Shown piece after piece: positions 40,300 through 52,474 of a DNA stretch of 64,000 nucleotides. The stretch comes from Utricularia gibba (lineage: Eukaryota > Plantae > Magnoliophyta). Where the stretch lies: assembly GCA_002189035.1 (NCBI GenBank), contig NEEC01000012.1:124001-188000 (forward strand). Direction: 5' to 3'. A program made the position numbers and the translations under genes. The notes below the pieces were generated by a model that was not told the DNA's origin, searched no databases, and saw only the letters and a program-made list of their open reading frames with translations. The number at the start of each line of letters is the position of its first letter. Position 1 is the first letter of the stretch.

Positions 40300-43200
40300 A
40301 AAATGGTAGGGGCTATTGAAACGTGATTAGCATGTGGAGTTGTCTACTCATAAGGTGAGGAGAACAAAAGAAAATGCAAGGAAGATGGCGGTGGGAAGTA
40401 TGAAGAATGATTTTGAGCACCTACGAAATTATTATGAACAATATTGTGTATCGAATGAAGGTACTACCATGACAATGTTGAAGGTAGACGGTGGTGAAAA
40501 TAGGAAAAGTAAAATATGCGAAGAAGTTTATTTTTGTCCTAAGGTATGCATTTTTTAAGCATTTTTTTATATACTTGTGAATTTGTTTTTAATTTTGTAG
40601 TGTTTTTGTCCTAAGGTATACAATGTTTATTGTTGAACATTGTACGTTAGAGGTATATTTTCTTTATTATGTAATGACAAGTTAGTATTTAAGTATAGTT
40701 AGTTTATTGGATTATGTGATAATATTTGATTCTTTTTTTAGTATTTTCGTGATTTATATGTTAATTATAGGCTTGTAAAGATGGATTCCGTATATATGGC
40801 CATAATGTGATTAGAGTTTATGGCATGCATACGTGGAGTAAATTGAATGAGAAAGTGTTAGTGGCGACGGCCTCAAATTCGAATAATGGAGTTTTCTCTC
40901 TTGCATGGGGTGCTGTTGGCGATGAAACTTTGATGGCTTGGACTTGTTTCATGAAATTGCTTGCCAAAGACTATGGTATTTCGGAAGAGATGCAAGAATC
41001 GTTTACCATAGTTTCAGATAGAATTCCTGCAATATTATCCGTTTTAAGAGACTTACTTTTGAAAATCAAAGTAATGCATTGAGCCATGTATGTTAAAAAT
41101 TATAAACTAACGATGTTTATTTGACACTTGGCTATTGTACTTTGCAGATCCACCATTGTGACTTGCATTTACTCAAGAATCTTGATAGAAGTATTTTAGC
41201 AAAGTTGATGGCTGTTTTGAAGGGCCATGTGTGAGCTACCACTCAAGCTACAACGCCTAGTTAATTTAGGCATGTTATGGATATACTTAAGGAATGCAAT
41301 CCCGAAGCATACGAGTATATGTACGTCATCCCACTATCCCAATGGTGTTGAACATTTTTTGATCAAGGCAACAAGTGTGCCATTTTGATAAACAACAACT
41401 CAAAGTTCCTTAATTCAGCTCTCAAGGATGCTAGGAGGCTGGACCTAATCGAGCTTTTGGAACGGATTAATGGCAAGGTTTGTGATTGATTTGTTAAGCA
41501 TTGTTAATATGCATCAATATGGCATGGAGATTTATGTACAAGAATTGAGAATATTCTAAGTCAAGCATTGGAAATGGAAGAAATGGGCATATGGACGGAC
41601 GTTGGCGATCGAGGTAATTACCGATGGTCGGAGGGAACAAAAAAATACACCATTCAGTTGATCAATCATTTATGTGATTGTAGAGCATGGGAAATTACAG
41701 GTATGTATTTTATTGTATTTTTCCTATTTTATTATAAGAATTGATGTTATATGTGTAGTATTTTTTAGTATAAATATTTTGTTAGGTTTATTATCACAAT
41801 TGATGTTATATGTGTAATATTCTTTAGTATGAATATTTTGTTAGGTTTATTATCAGAATTGATGTTATATGTGTAATATTCTTTAGTATGAATATTTTGT
41901 ATTCTATTGTTAGATTTATTAGAAGAATTGATATTATATTTGTTGTATTTTTAGTATGAATATTTTGTATTCTATTGTTAGTTTTATTAGAAGAATTGAT
42001 ATTATATTTGTTGTATTTTTTAGTATGAATATTTTGTATTCTATTGTTAGTTTTATTAGAAGAATTGATATTATATTTGTTGTATTTTTTAGTATGAATA
42101 TTTTATATTCTATTTTTAGTTTTATTATAATATTGATATTATATTTATTGTATTTTTTCATATGAATAATTTGTATTTTATTGTTAGTTTTATTATCATA
42201 TTTGATATTATATTTGTTGTATTTTTTAGTATAAATATTTTGTATTTTAATATGTGTTTTGCATTTTTGTATATTGTTTATTTAAGTATACCTTGCAAAA
42301 CATGCAACCGTTGCTATTATTTTGAAGGGCCATACTTTGGTCGAATACACGGATTCTAGATATACACGTATGGCCTATCAAATAATGTATGATGATGATG
42401 TGTTCAAACTTCCAAAAACTGAAGAATGACCTTGTATAGTCGACTTACTACTACTTCCAACTAAGAGGAAGTATAGGAAACTTGGTTGTCCATCTACTTC
42501 ACGAAAATGTAGATTCTTTAGGTTTTGTTCATCACACTCTTTTTTGTATAGATTGGTTTTGGATTTATGGTCGATTGAATGTAACTTGTAGGCTGATATC
42601 ATGTTCCACATGTGATAAGAAAGGCTACAAGAAAAAAGATTGCAAAGAGGGTGAATTAAATAAAGATAGGACTCAACGAATGGAGGAGGATGAAACACTC
42701 ATGTCATTGAAGCCATGTACAGCTAACATGGAAGTTGCTGATTATTGTAGTTTGATGGATAATGAGGAAGTTGATGAGATTTCTCACCAAAGCCCTATGA
42801 AAGTGAAGAAATAAAATGCTAAACCGCATTAAGAAATACCTCTGAAGACGGTCCCAACAAGTGTGGTGTATATCATACTACATAGTCAAACTAACAACAA
42901 CGGAGTGATCTTCAATAGTTGCATGAATATGCGGGTGGAAGTCCGCAGCAACTCGGATGCTTTTGAATTTCAATTGGTTCCAAGAAATAAACGAAGGTGT
43001 AAGGCTCTCCATTTACGGGTGTATGGCGAGTTGATGGACGATATACTAGACGACATCATTGAGTAAGTCAATAGATATGAATCCAAAAGAGTATAAATTA
43101 TGTTTTTTTTTGGAATTTTTATTCATGATTATTTTTTTTATCTGTAGAAAAATCGTGGCATTGCAGCCACCGGATTGTCTAACGTATGTTGCATTCATTC

Positions 43201-43830
43201 ACAACCTATGGATGCAACATGCCATGGAGAAAAAGTTTGACTTGGAAATGATTGAAAAGTGGTGTGTGAGGTATCATCTATGCAACACTCATCACATCTT
43301 CTTGCCAATTAACATGAAGTAAGTTTTTCTATATATATATATATATATTCCTCATTTGTCATTAGAATATGTGTCACTTTGAATTGTTTCTATGTCTCGT
43401 AGTGGTCACTACATCCTTGCCATATTGTGCAATCTTGAAGAGAAATTCTTGTCTTGGATTCAATGCATAGCATATCGACTCATATAACAAGTAACCTTCG
43501 AAAATAAATAATATGTTTTAATACCTTGTGTTATATTGTATTTTATTATTAATCTCTATTAATCTTTTTGTTATGTATGATCTATAGATTAGTGGACTCC
43601 ATTTTTAAAATGAATGGTTGAAATGATGATTGTGTGAAGGAACTTGAGTTGTCTATTTTTTTGCCAGAGTTTAGTATGACTTTGTTAATATTTTTTTTTA
43701 TTACGTTGATCAACATATAGGTCCCTAAATAAAAAGATGCAACTAAGTGCGGGATTTATGTGTTATAATATGTGCATCTCTTCCTCCAACAAACTCCCAA
43801 TCTTCACACTATCGAAACATATCCCTTGTT
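40300..43830 (+). mobile_element. Degenerate MULE with transposase plus Ulp1-type (C48) cysteine protease
   Basis: DDE core (VLVATASNSNNGVFSLAWGAV...FTIVSDR), SWIM CDCRAWEITG|IPCKHA split by an intron, zinc knuckle CSTCDKKGY, then protease motifs IFLPIN, GHYILAI, VLDSM and VPK*KDATKCGIYV. Confidence 0.8.
41730..42250. repeat. Minisatellite with about 59-bp then 69-bp units inside the MULE SWIM intron
   Basis: GAATTGAT.TTATAT.TGT...TAGTATGAATATTTTGT... repeated. The 69-bp unit shows up as a 23-aa repeat in ORF 41956-42165. Confidence 0.85.
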
Positions 43831-45069
43831 TGTAAGTAATTTTCAAATTTTATCAGTTATTTTATTAGTCAGTACTAAGTACTATTATGTTTCTATAAAT
43901 GGTATGAGATTGGTTCGTTGAAGAAGATGTTTGTGAATTTGCAGAATTGACAGAGATTCCTCATCAATCTATGAGCGACTGGGTAAGCAAACCTTTCAAA
44001 AAAATGTAGACATTGAACTTGTTTATTGGTATAAGCTTGTAAACTTTGTTATTTGTTTTTAATACTATTTATACACTATATTTGTTTTTTTAAATTTTTA
44101 AACAAACATTATATGAACAATCATAATATGCTTATGATTTCTGTATTTTTTGAAAATTAATTTATTTGAATACTTATTATATCATTCTAATTACATCTAA
44201 TAAAAAAATAAATACAAGTATGTAGAAGGGTATAAAAAATAATACACAGAACCCACTCCTCAATAGAGGGTGACACGGGCGTGGAGGGTGGCATACAGGC
44301 ATGAGTTATGGCAACCCACGTATGTGTGTCATGCCGTGTGGAGTAGCACACGTGCATGGGTTATAGCATATTTTTTTAAGGTGTGATTGATATGTTTGGG
44401 GTATTCAAACTTATAATGTAATAAAAGAATATATATCTTATAAAATACATAAGTATCGAATGCATTATTTCTTTATACCTTTCACGGATAAAGTATAATT
44501 TTTTGTTATATTATTTTTTATTCATAAAATAATACATTCAATACTTATGTGTTCTAAATAAATAAAATAATGCACTCAATCCTTATTTATTCTAAGAAAG
44601 GAATGCATGATTTTATTTATTATGTTTTACTCATAAAATAATGCATGCGATTTTTATATGTGTTAAGTAAAAAGTGTATTATTTTATTTATTAAAAATAT
44701 AATGATCGAATGAGTCACATATGTTGAATTGATATCGATTCAGGTCAAATATATAGAACCTCATTTTACAATGGATAAAAAATGTCAAAAATTCAAAATT
44801 TTGGATAAAAAATGCCATCACCCCCATTTTCTTGGATTCTCCATCAACCGTTCGACTTCAATCGATTTAACATCTGTAGTTGCATTCACCATAAGACATC
44901 TACATCTAAAATTTCTAATATCAGAAAATCTTTCTTGTCCTCGTCTGAATGGTGGGCCCCTTCAGTTTTCACTACAGGTTTTCTTTTCTCAAAATAAATT
45001 GTGTAAGCATTTGGATGATTTGTTGTTCTAGTGGGTGAACAAGGGGAAAGTGGATCGATATGAAAAGGC

Positions 45070-45265
45070 TGAACAATTATGCTACTAACGTTGTTGGGTT
45101 GGCAAGATGAAGGAAAAAGAAGGTAGTTCCGTAAACTGAAAATGGCAAAAGGCAAGAAAACAAAACAGTGTTCACACGCATTTATGCGTGTGATAAATTG
45201 TGTAGTACAACCAGCAGTGCGTAAGGTACAAGCTGGTGTTTTTATTCTCAAAGGCAATAATAACA
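45070..45265 (-). repeat. 3' LTR of the copia element
   Basis: About 90% identical to 50630-51516 once the MITE is removed. An adjacent purine tract AGGGATGAA on the minus strand is PPT-like. Confidence 0.9.
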
Positions 45266-46319
45266 TTCATCCCTAAGTTCCAAGCGGAGGGCATAATCCA
45301 AGTTTTCCAATAATGTTCTAACATGGTAGAATACTAATAGACTTTGTGAATACATTCGCCAATTGCTTGTTGAATGGGATAAATCGAGGAATAAGAAAAC
45401 CTGATTTGTATTTCTCTCGTACAATATGACAATCTATTTCAATATGTTTGGTTCATTCATAAAATACCGGATTAGCAGTGATGTGAATAGCAGATTTGTT
45501 GTCATACCAAAGAGGAATGGGTTTTGGCACTGGTTGATGAAGGTCTTCTAGAATGTAGGAAATCCAAAGAAGTTCATTTGTGGTTGTGGCCAGGCTACGG
45601 TATTCTGCCTCTACTAAAGACTTGGACATTGTGCCTTGCTTTTTTGTTCTATAGGAAATCAAACATCCTCCTAGCATGTAAAACTTGTTTCAATTCATCG
45701 ATTGCAGGGAGAGAAGGACCAACTAAGAGAATATTATCAACATAGACTGATGAAGCAAGAAGTGTGGTTGCAGTTTTCTTCACAAAGAGACATGAATCTG
45801 ATAAGGATTGTTTAAAACCCAATTAGCCGGGGAAACGAGTAAGTTCCAAGTTCCATTGTCTACCTGCTTGCTTGAGAGCATAAAGTGACCGTTTGAGCTT
45901 GCATACCTTATCGGGGTTGACATGATATCCCGGAGGTGGTTCCATGTAGATGTCTTCATCAATATGACCGTGGAGAAAAGCTTTGTTGACATCTATTTGG
46001 TGTAGATGCTAGTTCAGCTTTGCTGTAAGAGCCAGCAAGATTCGTATGGTAGTAATTTTGGCCACAGGCACAAAGCGCTCAGTGAAGTTCACGCCTTCCA
46101 CCTGAGTATACTCTTTAGCCACAAGGCACGCCTTGTATCTAGCAATGGTATCGTTAGGATGTTTTTTGATTATGAAGACCCATTTGCAGCCAATAGTCTT
46201 TTTTCCAAAGGGTAGTGTCGCCACTATCCAAGTGTAGTTATCCACCAATGCTTGAATCTCAAGAGCCATGGCATCTTGCCACACCTGTATCCCTTTAGCA
46301 TGTTCATAAGTAGGGGGTT

Positions 46320-47525
46320 TGATGAACGTTGGAATGGGTTGCTAAATGTCGCGGTTTAGCACATTCAACGCATTAAAGAAATTTATAAATCGAGCTATTC
46401 TACTACACAAATCACAAGAATTAATGTAGTGTGGCAAACAAGGGTCGAATCCACAGGGAATGGTTGCAATTTTCTGAAGTTCAACACAATTACTTGAAAC
46501 AGGGGGTTTTCTGGGATTTAAGTCTAATGCGGGTAAGACGTAAAATAACAGTTACTGGAATAAACGAGTTGCAGGGATGAAAAGGGACTGAAATTAATGT
46601 GAAGGTGCATAAAACATAAAATAAAAGTAATTTGGTTGGGTTTTACACTAGGGTCTAGCTCTTGTGTCACTCAAGAGAGCCCTTAGGTTTAAACCCAGCT
46701 CGGAACGCTTGAAAACAGAGTAATAGTTTGCAGAAACAAAGCATGGTTCGCATGAACAGTAAAAGCGCGTTAAACTTAAAGGCAAACATGGAAAGCTTAA
46801 ATAGAAACATGTTTATAAACTAAGGCAAGGTCTAAAACGAGTTTCGAGTTCACACCAAGGTACCGAAAAGCATTAGAAAGCATAAAAATGACGGCAATAA
46901 CAGTAGCTAGTTCACGTAGAAGAGGGAGTGCAGAAATCTATAAATAAAAGTTGCAGGATGCTTCTGTGGGCTGGAAATCGAAGTTCTGGCCGGAACGGTG
47001 GTGTAGACACACAGATCTGGAGGTCGCCGGAGACTTGCGTCAGAGAAACGGAGTTCTCCTTGCTCCCGCTCGCTCCTGTTTGCTGCCTGTGTACTCTAAG
47101 TGCACAGTGTTCTCCTCTCTTCTCTCCCTTCCTTTTCCCTTTTGCCGCTCAAAAGTAAGGGTAGCTTCGTCTTTTCCTCAGGCTTCTAGAAGGGAGATAT
47201 CTGCTCCATATCTTATCTCTTCAGAAGGGCGGCTACTTTCGGCGGAAAGTGGCTTTTGTACAGCTTTTCTATCCCTTCTGACTTGTCAACGCGGAAAGTG
47301 CGCTGCTACAGTACTAGCTCTTACCCCGGTAAGACTTAAAACATAGACTGGACAAAATATTAGAGTTTTCGGCTCAATTGTTGCCAATTGAGCCTGTTTT
47401 CACAATAAACACATTCTAGCAGACTAAATACGCAAAAGAAGATAATTTAGCACACTAAATAACATTTATCCCTACAAAATATGCTTAAAAACATATATAA
47501 AAACATAATAAAAATGGTGTTATCA
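46320..47525 (-). mobile_element. Athila-like gypsy solo LTR (1206 bp) nested in the copia pol region
   Basis: Ends TG...CA with a perfect TSD GGGTT (46315-46319 / 47526-47530). Removing it restores the copia frame ILEEPPTYEHAKG. The start TGATAACACCATTTT and internal TCCCTGTGGATTCGACCC (minus strand) resemble Athila LTRs. Confidence 0.9.
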
Positions 47526-50500
47526 GGGTTCCTCCAATATGAAGACAGGCTCATGGTCCTTGACCTCTAAGGATGCAGTTTGTAGGGCGACATAATCTGG
47601 TTTCCAATATGGAGCTCGTCGTATTCTGGAACTCCTTCGGATGGGATCATTTGTCAAGCTAGGATGTTCTCTTAGAGATTGCTGGCTTGCGTCATTACTT
47701 ATAGGATGCTCATTGGAAAAATGGTGACTTGCAGTGGGCACACAAATGTCTGCTTGTTGAGATCTCATAGTGAGTGTGCCATCAAGACGCTCACCACTAG
47801 TCTCATGACCTGCATAAGTAATGTTGTCAGGGCTGGCAGTAGCTTGAGGACCTGCAGCAATAGTGGAGGGATGCAAAGGATCAGCATCATAATAGTCACC
47901 TAGACCATTGACATTGCCATCAAGATCAACATTGTCATTATCAATTAGGAATGCCAAACAACATCAAAATCTGGAGCATAGTCATTAGCGCCCTTCAAAG
48001 GAAAAATATGTTCATAAAACTTGACATCCCTACTAATGAAGTAGTTAAATCATAGCACTTATAGCCTTTATGACCAACGGGATAGCCCACGAAAATGTAT
48101 TTTCTGGCACATGATGCCAATTTATCTGCTCGTGGGTTAGAGACACCTGAGTAGCACAAGCAACCAAAAACAAGTAAGTGGTCTAGCTTGGGCACTTGCC
48201 CCAAAAGCTGTTCATACAGAGATTTCCAATGCAACACACTAGCGGGCAATCGATTGATCAGGTGCGTTGCTGTCAATAATGCTTCGCCCCAAAACTGTTT
48301 GGGGAGACCAGATTGGAAGAGCAATGCTCTGGTAACTTCAAGGAGATGTTTGTGCTTGTGTTCCACATGTCCATTTTGTTGCGCACGGTTAGTGCACGAA
48401 AATTGATGCAGAATCCCCATAGAGTTACATAATGAACGCATATGATCAATGAGAAACTCATCCTCTTTATCGCTGCGTATGTTTCTCATGGTTCCAGCAT
48501 ACTACGTCTCAAAGAATCGTAACAGGTTTTGCATATGATCACAAACAAGAGACTTAGTATTCAACAAGAAAGTCCATGTGCACCTTGATAAGTCATCAAC
48601 CACTGTTAGAAAATATTTGGACCCTTGTAGTGTGGCAACATTATATGGGCCCCATAAATCACAATGTATAAGATGAAAAGGGGATGGTGAAATTGAAAGA
48701 CTTGGAAAGAAGGCTAATCTCTGAAACTTGGCGAATACACAAATATCACATGGTTGTCCACGAAGGCTACAATCAACTGTCAAATGTTTCGCCTTATTTT
48801 TAGATGTGTGTCCCAAACAACAATGCCATAAAAGCGCAGCATTTAAACTAGTCATAGAGCCACAAATGAAAGATAATTTCGACCATATGTGATCTACCAA
48901 ACTACCCAACGCCAAGGGATTGGAATGATGTAGAGCCTTTTCTGCAGCAGCAAGGAAATGGGGCAATCAAAATCGACTATCCAATATGTATAAGCCATCA
49001 TGCACTCGTCCACAGCGAGTAACTTATGGGGGACCCGGTCCTGCATCACCCAATGATTACTATATAGACTAAAAAAGACATTCATATCCTTCGCCATACG
49101 CCTCACGGATAGCAGATTAAATCTAAAGTTGGGAACAAATAGAACATTGGATAAATGCATATCATTCTTCAGTGAGACATTCCCAAGACTCTTTACCTAT
49201 ATAGATAAACCATTTGGTAAAGAGACAATGACATGGTCAACAGCACATACAACTTGAAAGTTGTGCATGGAGCATGTGATACGAGTAGTGGATCCAGAGT
49301 CAATAACCCATTCCCAAGGTTTACAGCTAAAAGATGGATCAATCTTGCTAGCCATTAACAATTCTGAATGTAACATACCTGCAAAGTGGTGTGTCATATT
49401 GGCCATATGACCTTGAGAGTCATAACTAGTGGATGAAGATGGCAAGGGTGGCTGTCATGATCCTTGATTTGCAAAAAGCCATCGCAACTCTTGTTGTATG
49501 ATGTGGAGGGAAGTTTCAAAGCCATTGGATGGCATATATCCATCCTCAAATAGTGTGTCCACACAGTGTGCCATTGGCTGAGAAGTCGCTCTATGATGGT
49601 AGTGAGCCCCCATGTTCTTGTTTGTAGGACAAGGTTGAGAGTAACCATCATTATGGGTGTACCATGGAGAGCAACCATTAGTAGGATTAGAGGTTTGTTG
49701 ATGGAAAGGGACACCAGCAGATGTATTAGTTTTCTTTTTGTTCCACCATGGCGGGTAATTCCCAATGAGGAGATAATAGTTCTCGCGCAAGTGTCCCTGC
49801 TTCTTACAATAGTCACAGTAAATGAGTTATTCATAGAAACATGAAACACAAATTCATCATGTGATTTAGCACTCATGGCAGCATTGGAAAATGTGTCTAG
49901 TGGTTTCGACGTCTTGGCCCTTTCCTGTTCAACATTGAGTAAAATGCTATATGCCTTCTCAACGGTAAGGCCATCCATAACAATAATTTCATTTTTCGTC
50001 AACTCAAACCACGTCAGAATTGAGTCAATTTAGTAGAAGCAATGATTTTATCAGAATGAATAACTTTCTTGTAAGAATCACATTTAATCTTAGGAGTAAT
50101 AGTATCAAGATCCTTCCATAAACCACTCAATCTAGTGTAATATTCAGCAATGCTCATATCACCCTACTTCAAATGATAAATGTCATGTTGTAGCTGATAA
50201 AACGGGCTATTATTAAGCTGTCCATAATGATTTTGCAAGGTAATCCACAATTCTTGTGCGCTAGTAGCACCACAAAAGCTCGTAACCAATGATTTTGAAA
50301 TAGAATTGAGTATCCAAGATAAATGCATAAATTGAGTATTTGAGGAATGTCACCATAGATAAAACCTAACTTATTCTTTGCCCCTAAAGCCAATCGGACA
50401 CTTCTTCTCCACTCAAAATAATACATAACACTGAGGAGGAGAACTCATGAGTGCAATGTTAGGATGTTCATAACCACTCAGAGCCAAGGGATCTAATTGA

Positions 50501-50629
50501 TCTAAAATAATAGGAAAATCTGATTCTGGTCCTCGCGAGGCTTCATCGCCCGATGCCATTTTTGTGCGTAGCAATTGCTCACCGATAAGTCGGTTCTTCC
50601 TTGTGAAACGTCCCACAATCACCGCACCA

Positions 50630-51516
50630 TGAACAATTATGCTACCGGTGTTGCCGGATTGGCAAGATGAAGGAAACAGAAGGTAGTTCTGTAAATTGAA
50701 AATGGCAAAAGGCAAGAAAACAAAACAACGTTCACATGCATTTATGCATGTGATAAATTGTGCAGTACAACCAACAGTGCGAGGTACAAGCTGAGGGTCA
50801 ATTTTAAAAATACCCACTGTCATAAAAGTACTTTAGAAAATTACCCACTGTGTGTATTGTGTGTATTTAGTGTGTATAAGTTTACGAAATTGCCCTTTAT
50901 TGATGTATATGTAAATATTGTGTTATAAATATTATGATTTATATTTTTACAATACTAAATAATGATTTTCAGTAAAATGTTTTTATTGAAAATCATCATC
51001 TAAAATCAAATTATTTTTATAATAAACAATACTTTTTAAATAATGTTAACATTAATAATATATATTTCATAATCTCAAAATAATTGTTGACTTAAAATCA
51101 ACTCGTTTTTATAATAAACAATACTTTTAAATAATTTTAATACTAATAATATACATTTCATAATATCAAAATAATTTTTAATCTAAAATCAACTTGTTTT
51201 TATAATAAACAATACTTTTTAAATAACTTTAATACTAATAATATACATTTCATAAGATCAAAATAATTTCTGAAAAAATATAAAATATTATTTACATAAA
51301 ACATTTTACTGAAAATCATCATCAAGTATTATAAAAATGCAAGTTATAATATTTATTATACAATATTAATATACATATTTTAAAAAGGACAATTTCGTAA
51401 ATGTACATATACACAATCCCACAATGGGTACTTTTGTAAACAGATTTTATGGCAGTGGGTATTTTTATAATTGACACTAGTAGCTAGTGTTTTTATTCTC
51501 AAAGACAGTAATAACA
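50630..51516 (-). repeat. 5' LTR of the copia element, interrupted by a MITE
   Basis: Matches 45070-45265 on both sides of the 50793-51479 insertion. A PBS-like TGGTGCGGTGA follows directly on the minus strand. Confidence 0.9.
50793..51479. mobile_element. Non-autonomous MULE-type MITE (687 bp) with long TIRs
   Basis: Left end GAGGGTCAATTTTAAAAATACCCACTGTCATAAAA versus right-end reverse complement TAGTGTCAATTATAAAAATACCCACTGCCATAAAA. Inverted similarity extends about 190 bp. Three ~92-bp internal repeats. Candidate 9-bp TSD GTACAAGCT / GTA---GCT. Confidence 0.85.
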
Positions 51517-51626
51517 AAGGCATGTTCATTGTGGTTCAACCAAACGTTTAGGTCTTGTGTTGATACATTGATTCCACTCTCAACATGTGTGTGTTTTTCT
51601 TCTGACATTCAGACGACCTCTTGAGT

Positions 51627-52474
51627 TCAGGTTGTCGGAGACACATTTTCCAATGGAGATTGCAACAGCATGGAAGAAGTGGATGACTGTTTTTGCCTGG
51701 AGGAGATGCAGTTGAAGCTACTTGTCAGCCTCCGCCTCTCGGATTTCTCGATTTCGGGGTTGTGTTCGGCTTCCGTGATCTTGAATGCTTCCGGGAGGAC
51801 GCAATTGAAAACTGAACCTGAGCGTGGAGCAAGAAAAAAAAAAAAGGGGATGTTCTGAAGTCTTCCTTTGGTAGTTGTTTATGAGAGAGAAAGTGGAATT
51901 GGTTACCCAGGTTGGCGAGACGATTGACCCATTTGGGGACATGTTTCCCTGTCAATTTATGGCAGACGTCGTCGGAGAAATGGTTACAGTTCTTGAAGAT
52001 TAAGTGATAGGTGTTGCCATTGTAGTCATCCGCCAGGTGTTCGATGAAATGCCTGACCTGAGAGGCATTTAACGTGGTGGTGCCGATGAAGATGGATTTA
52101 CGAAACATGAACTCAGGGCATTGCCGTGGCTCCACTTCGAAAACTCCGCTCGATGGGTAATCGTGTGCCCGAAGGCGTATTCCACGCCGTCGACTGCAAA
52201 GAAGAAACAAAGCAACACATTTTCGAGTTTGAAAATGGTATCTCAGAGCCAGTTTACCTTCCACACCGGAGTGAAAGATCCCGAAGCCAGCCCAGTAGAA
52301 GTAACCGTTTGCCATGGTCAAATCGTAGACGTTGAGGTATACATTTGTAGCTTTTGCATTGTGATTATGATCGTGGATATGAGCTTTTGAAAACAAGCAG
52401 AAACAACGAGCTGATTTCTCTGTTAGATGCAGAGGGACGATAGATTTCCATCTCTTCTTCAACCTCAAGCTCAT
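51627..52474 (-). CDS. DeSI/PPPDE peptidase family protein; exons 52474-52258, 52193-51907, 51817-51627, with a 1-nt frameshift in exon 2 as assembled
   Basis: VYLNVYDLT...GIFHSGVE (catalytic His), AHDYPSSGVFEVEPRQCP, YHLIFKNCNHF (catalytic Cys) and VPKWVNRLA. Confidence 0.88.

Larger units (their letters stand above)
45070..51516 (-). mobile_element. Delimited, degenerate Ty1/copia LTR retrotransposon (Ale-like) with nested insertions
   Basis: Two ~195-bp LTRs (TG...CA) and a perfect 5-bp TSD AAGGC (45065-45069 / 51517-51521). Domains: gag (ATG 50559, ...WRRSVRLALGAKNKLGF), protease WVIDSG, integrase (HCDLWGPY, QQNGHVEHKHKHLL), RT (WQDAMALE...IGCKWVF...YVDN) and RNase H (KKQ...EAEYRSLA...DNKSAIHI). 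Confidence 0.93.

Noticed and set aside
41934-42359. ORFs with 23-aa repeats on both strands
   Set aside because: Translation artefacts of the 69-bp minisatellite in a MULE intron.
46441-46452. GGTCGAATCC as a tRNA T-loop (B-box)
   Set aside because: No cloverleaf or A-box, and it lies inside the Athila-like solo LTR.
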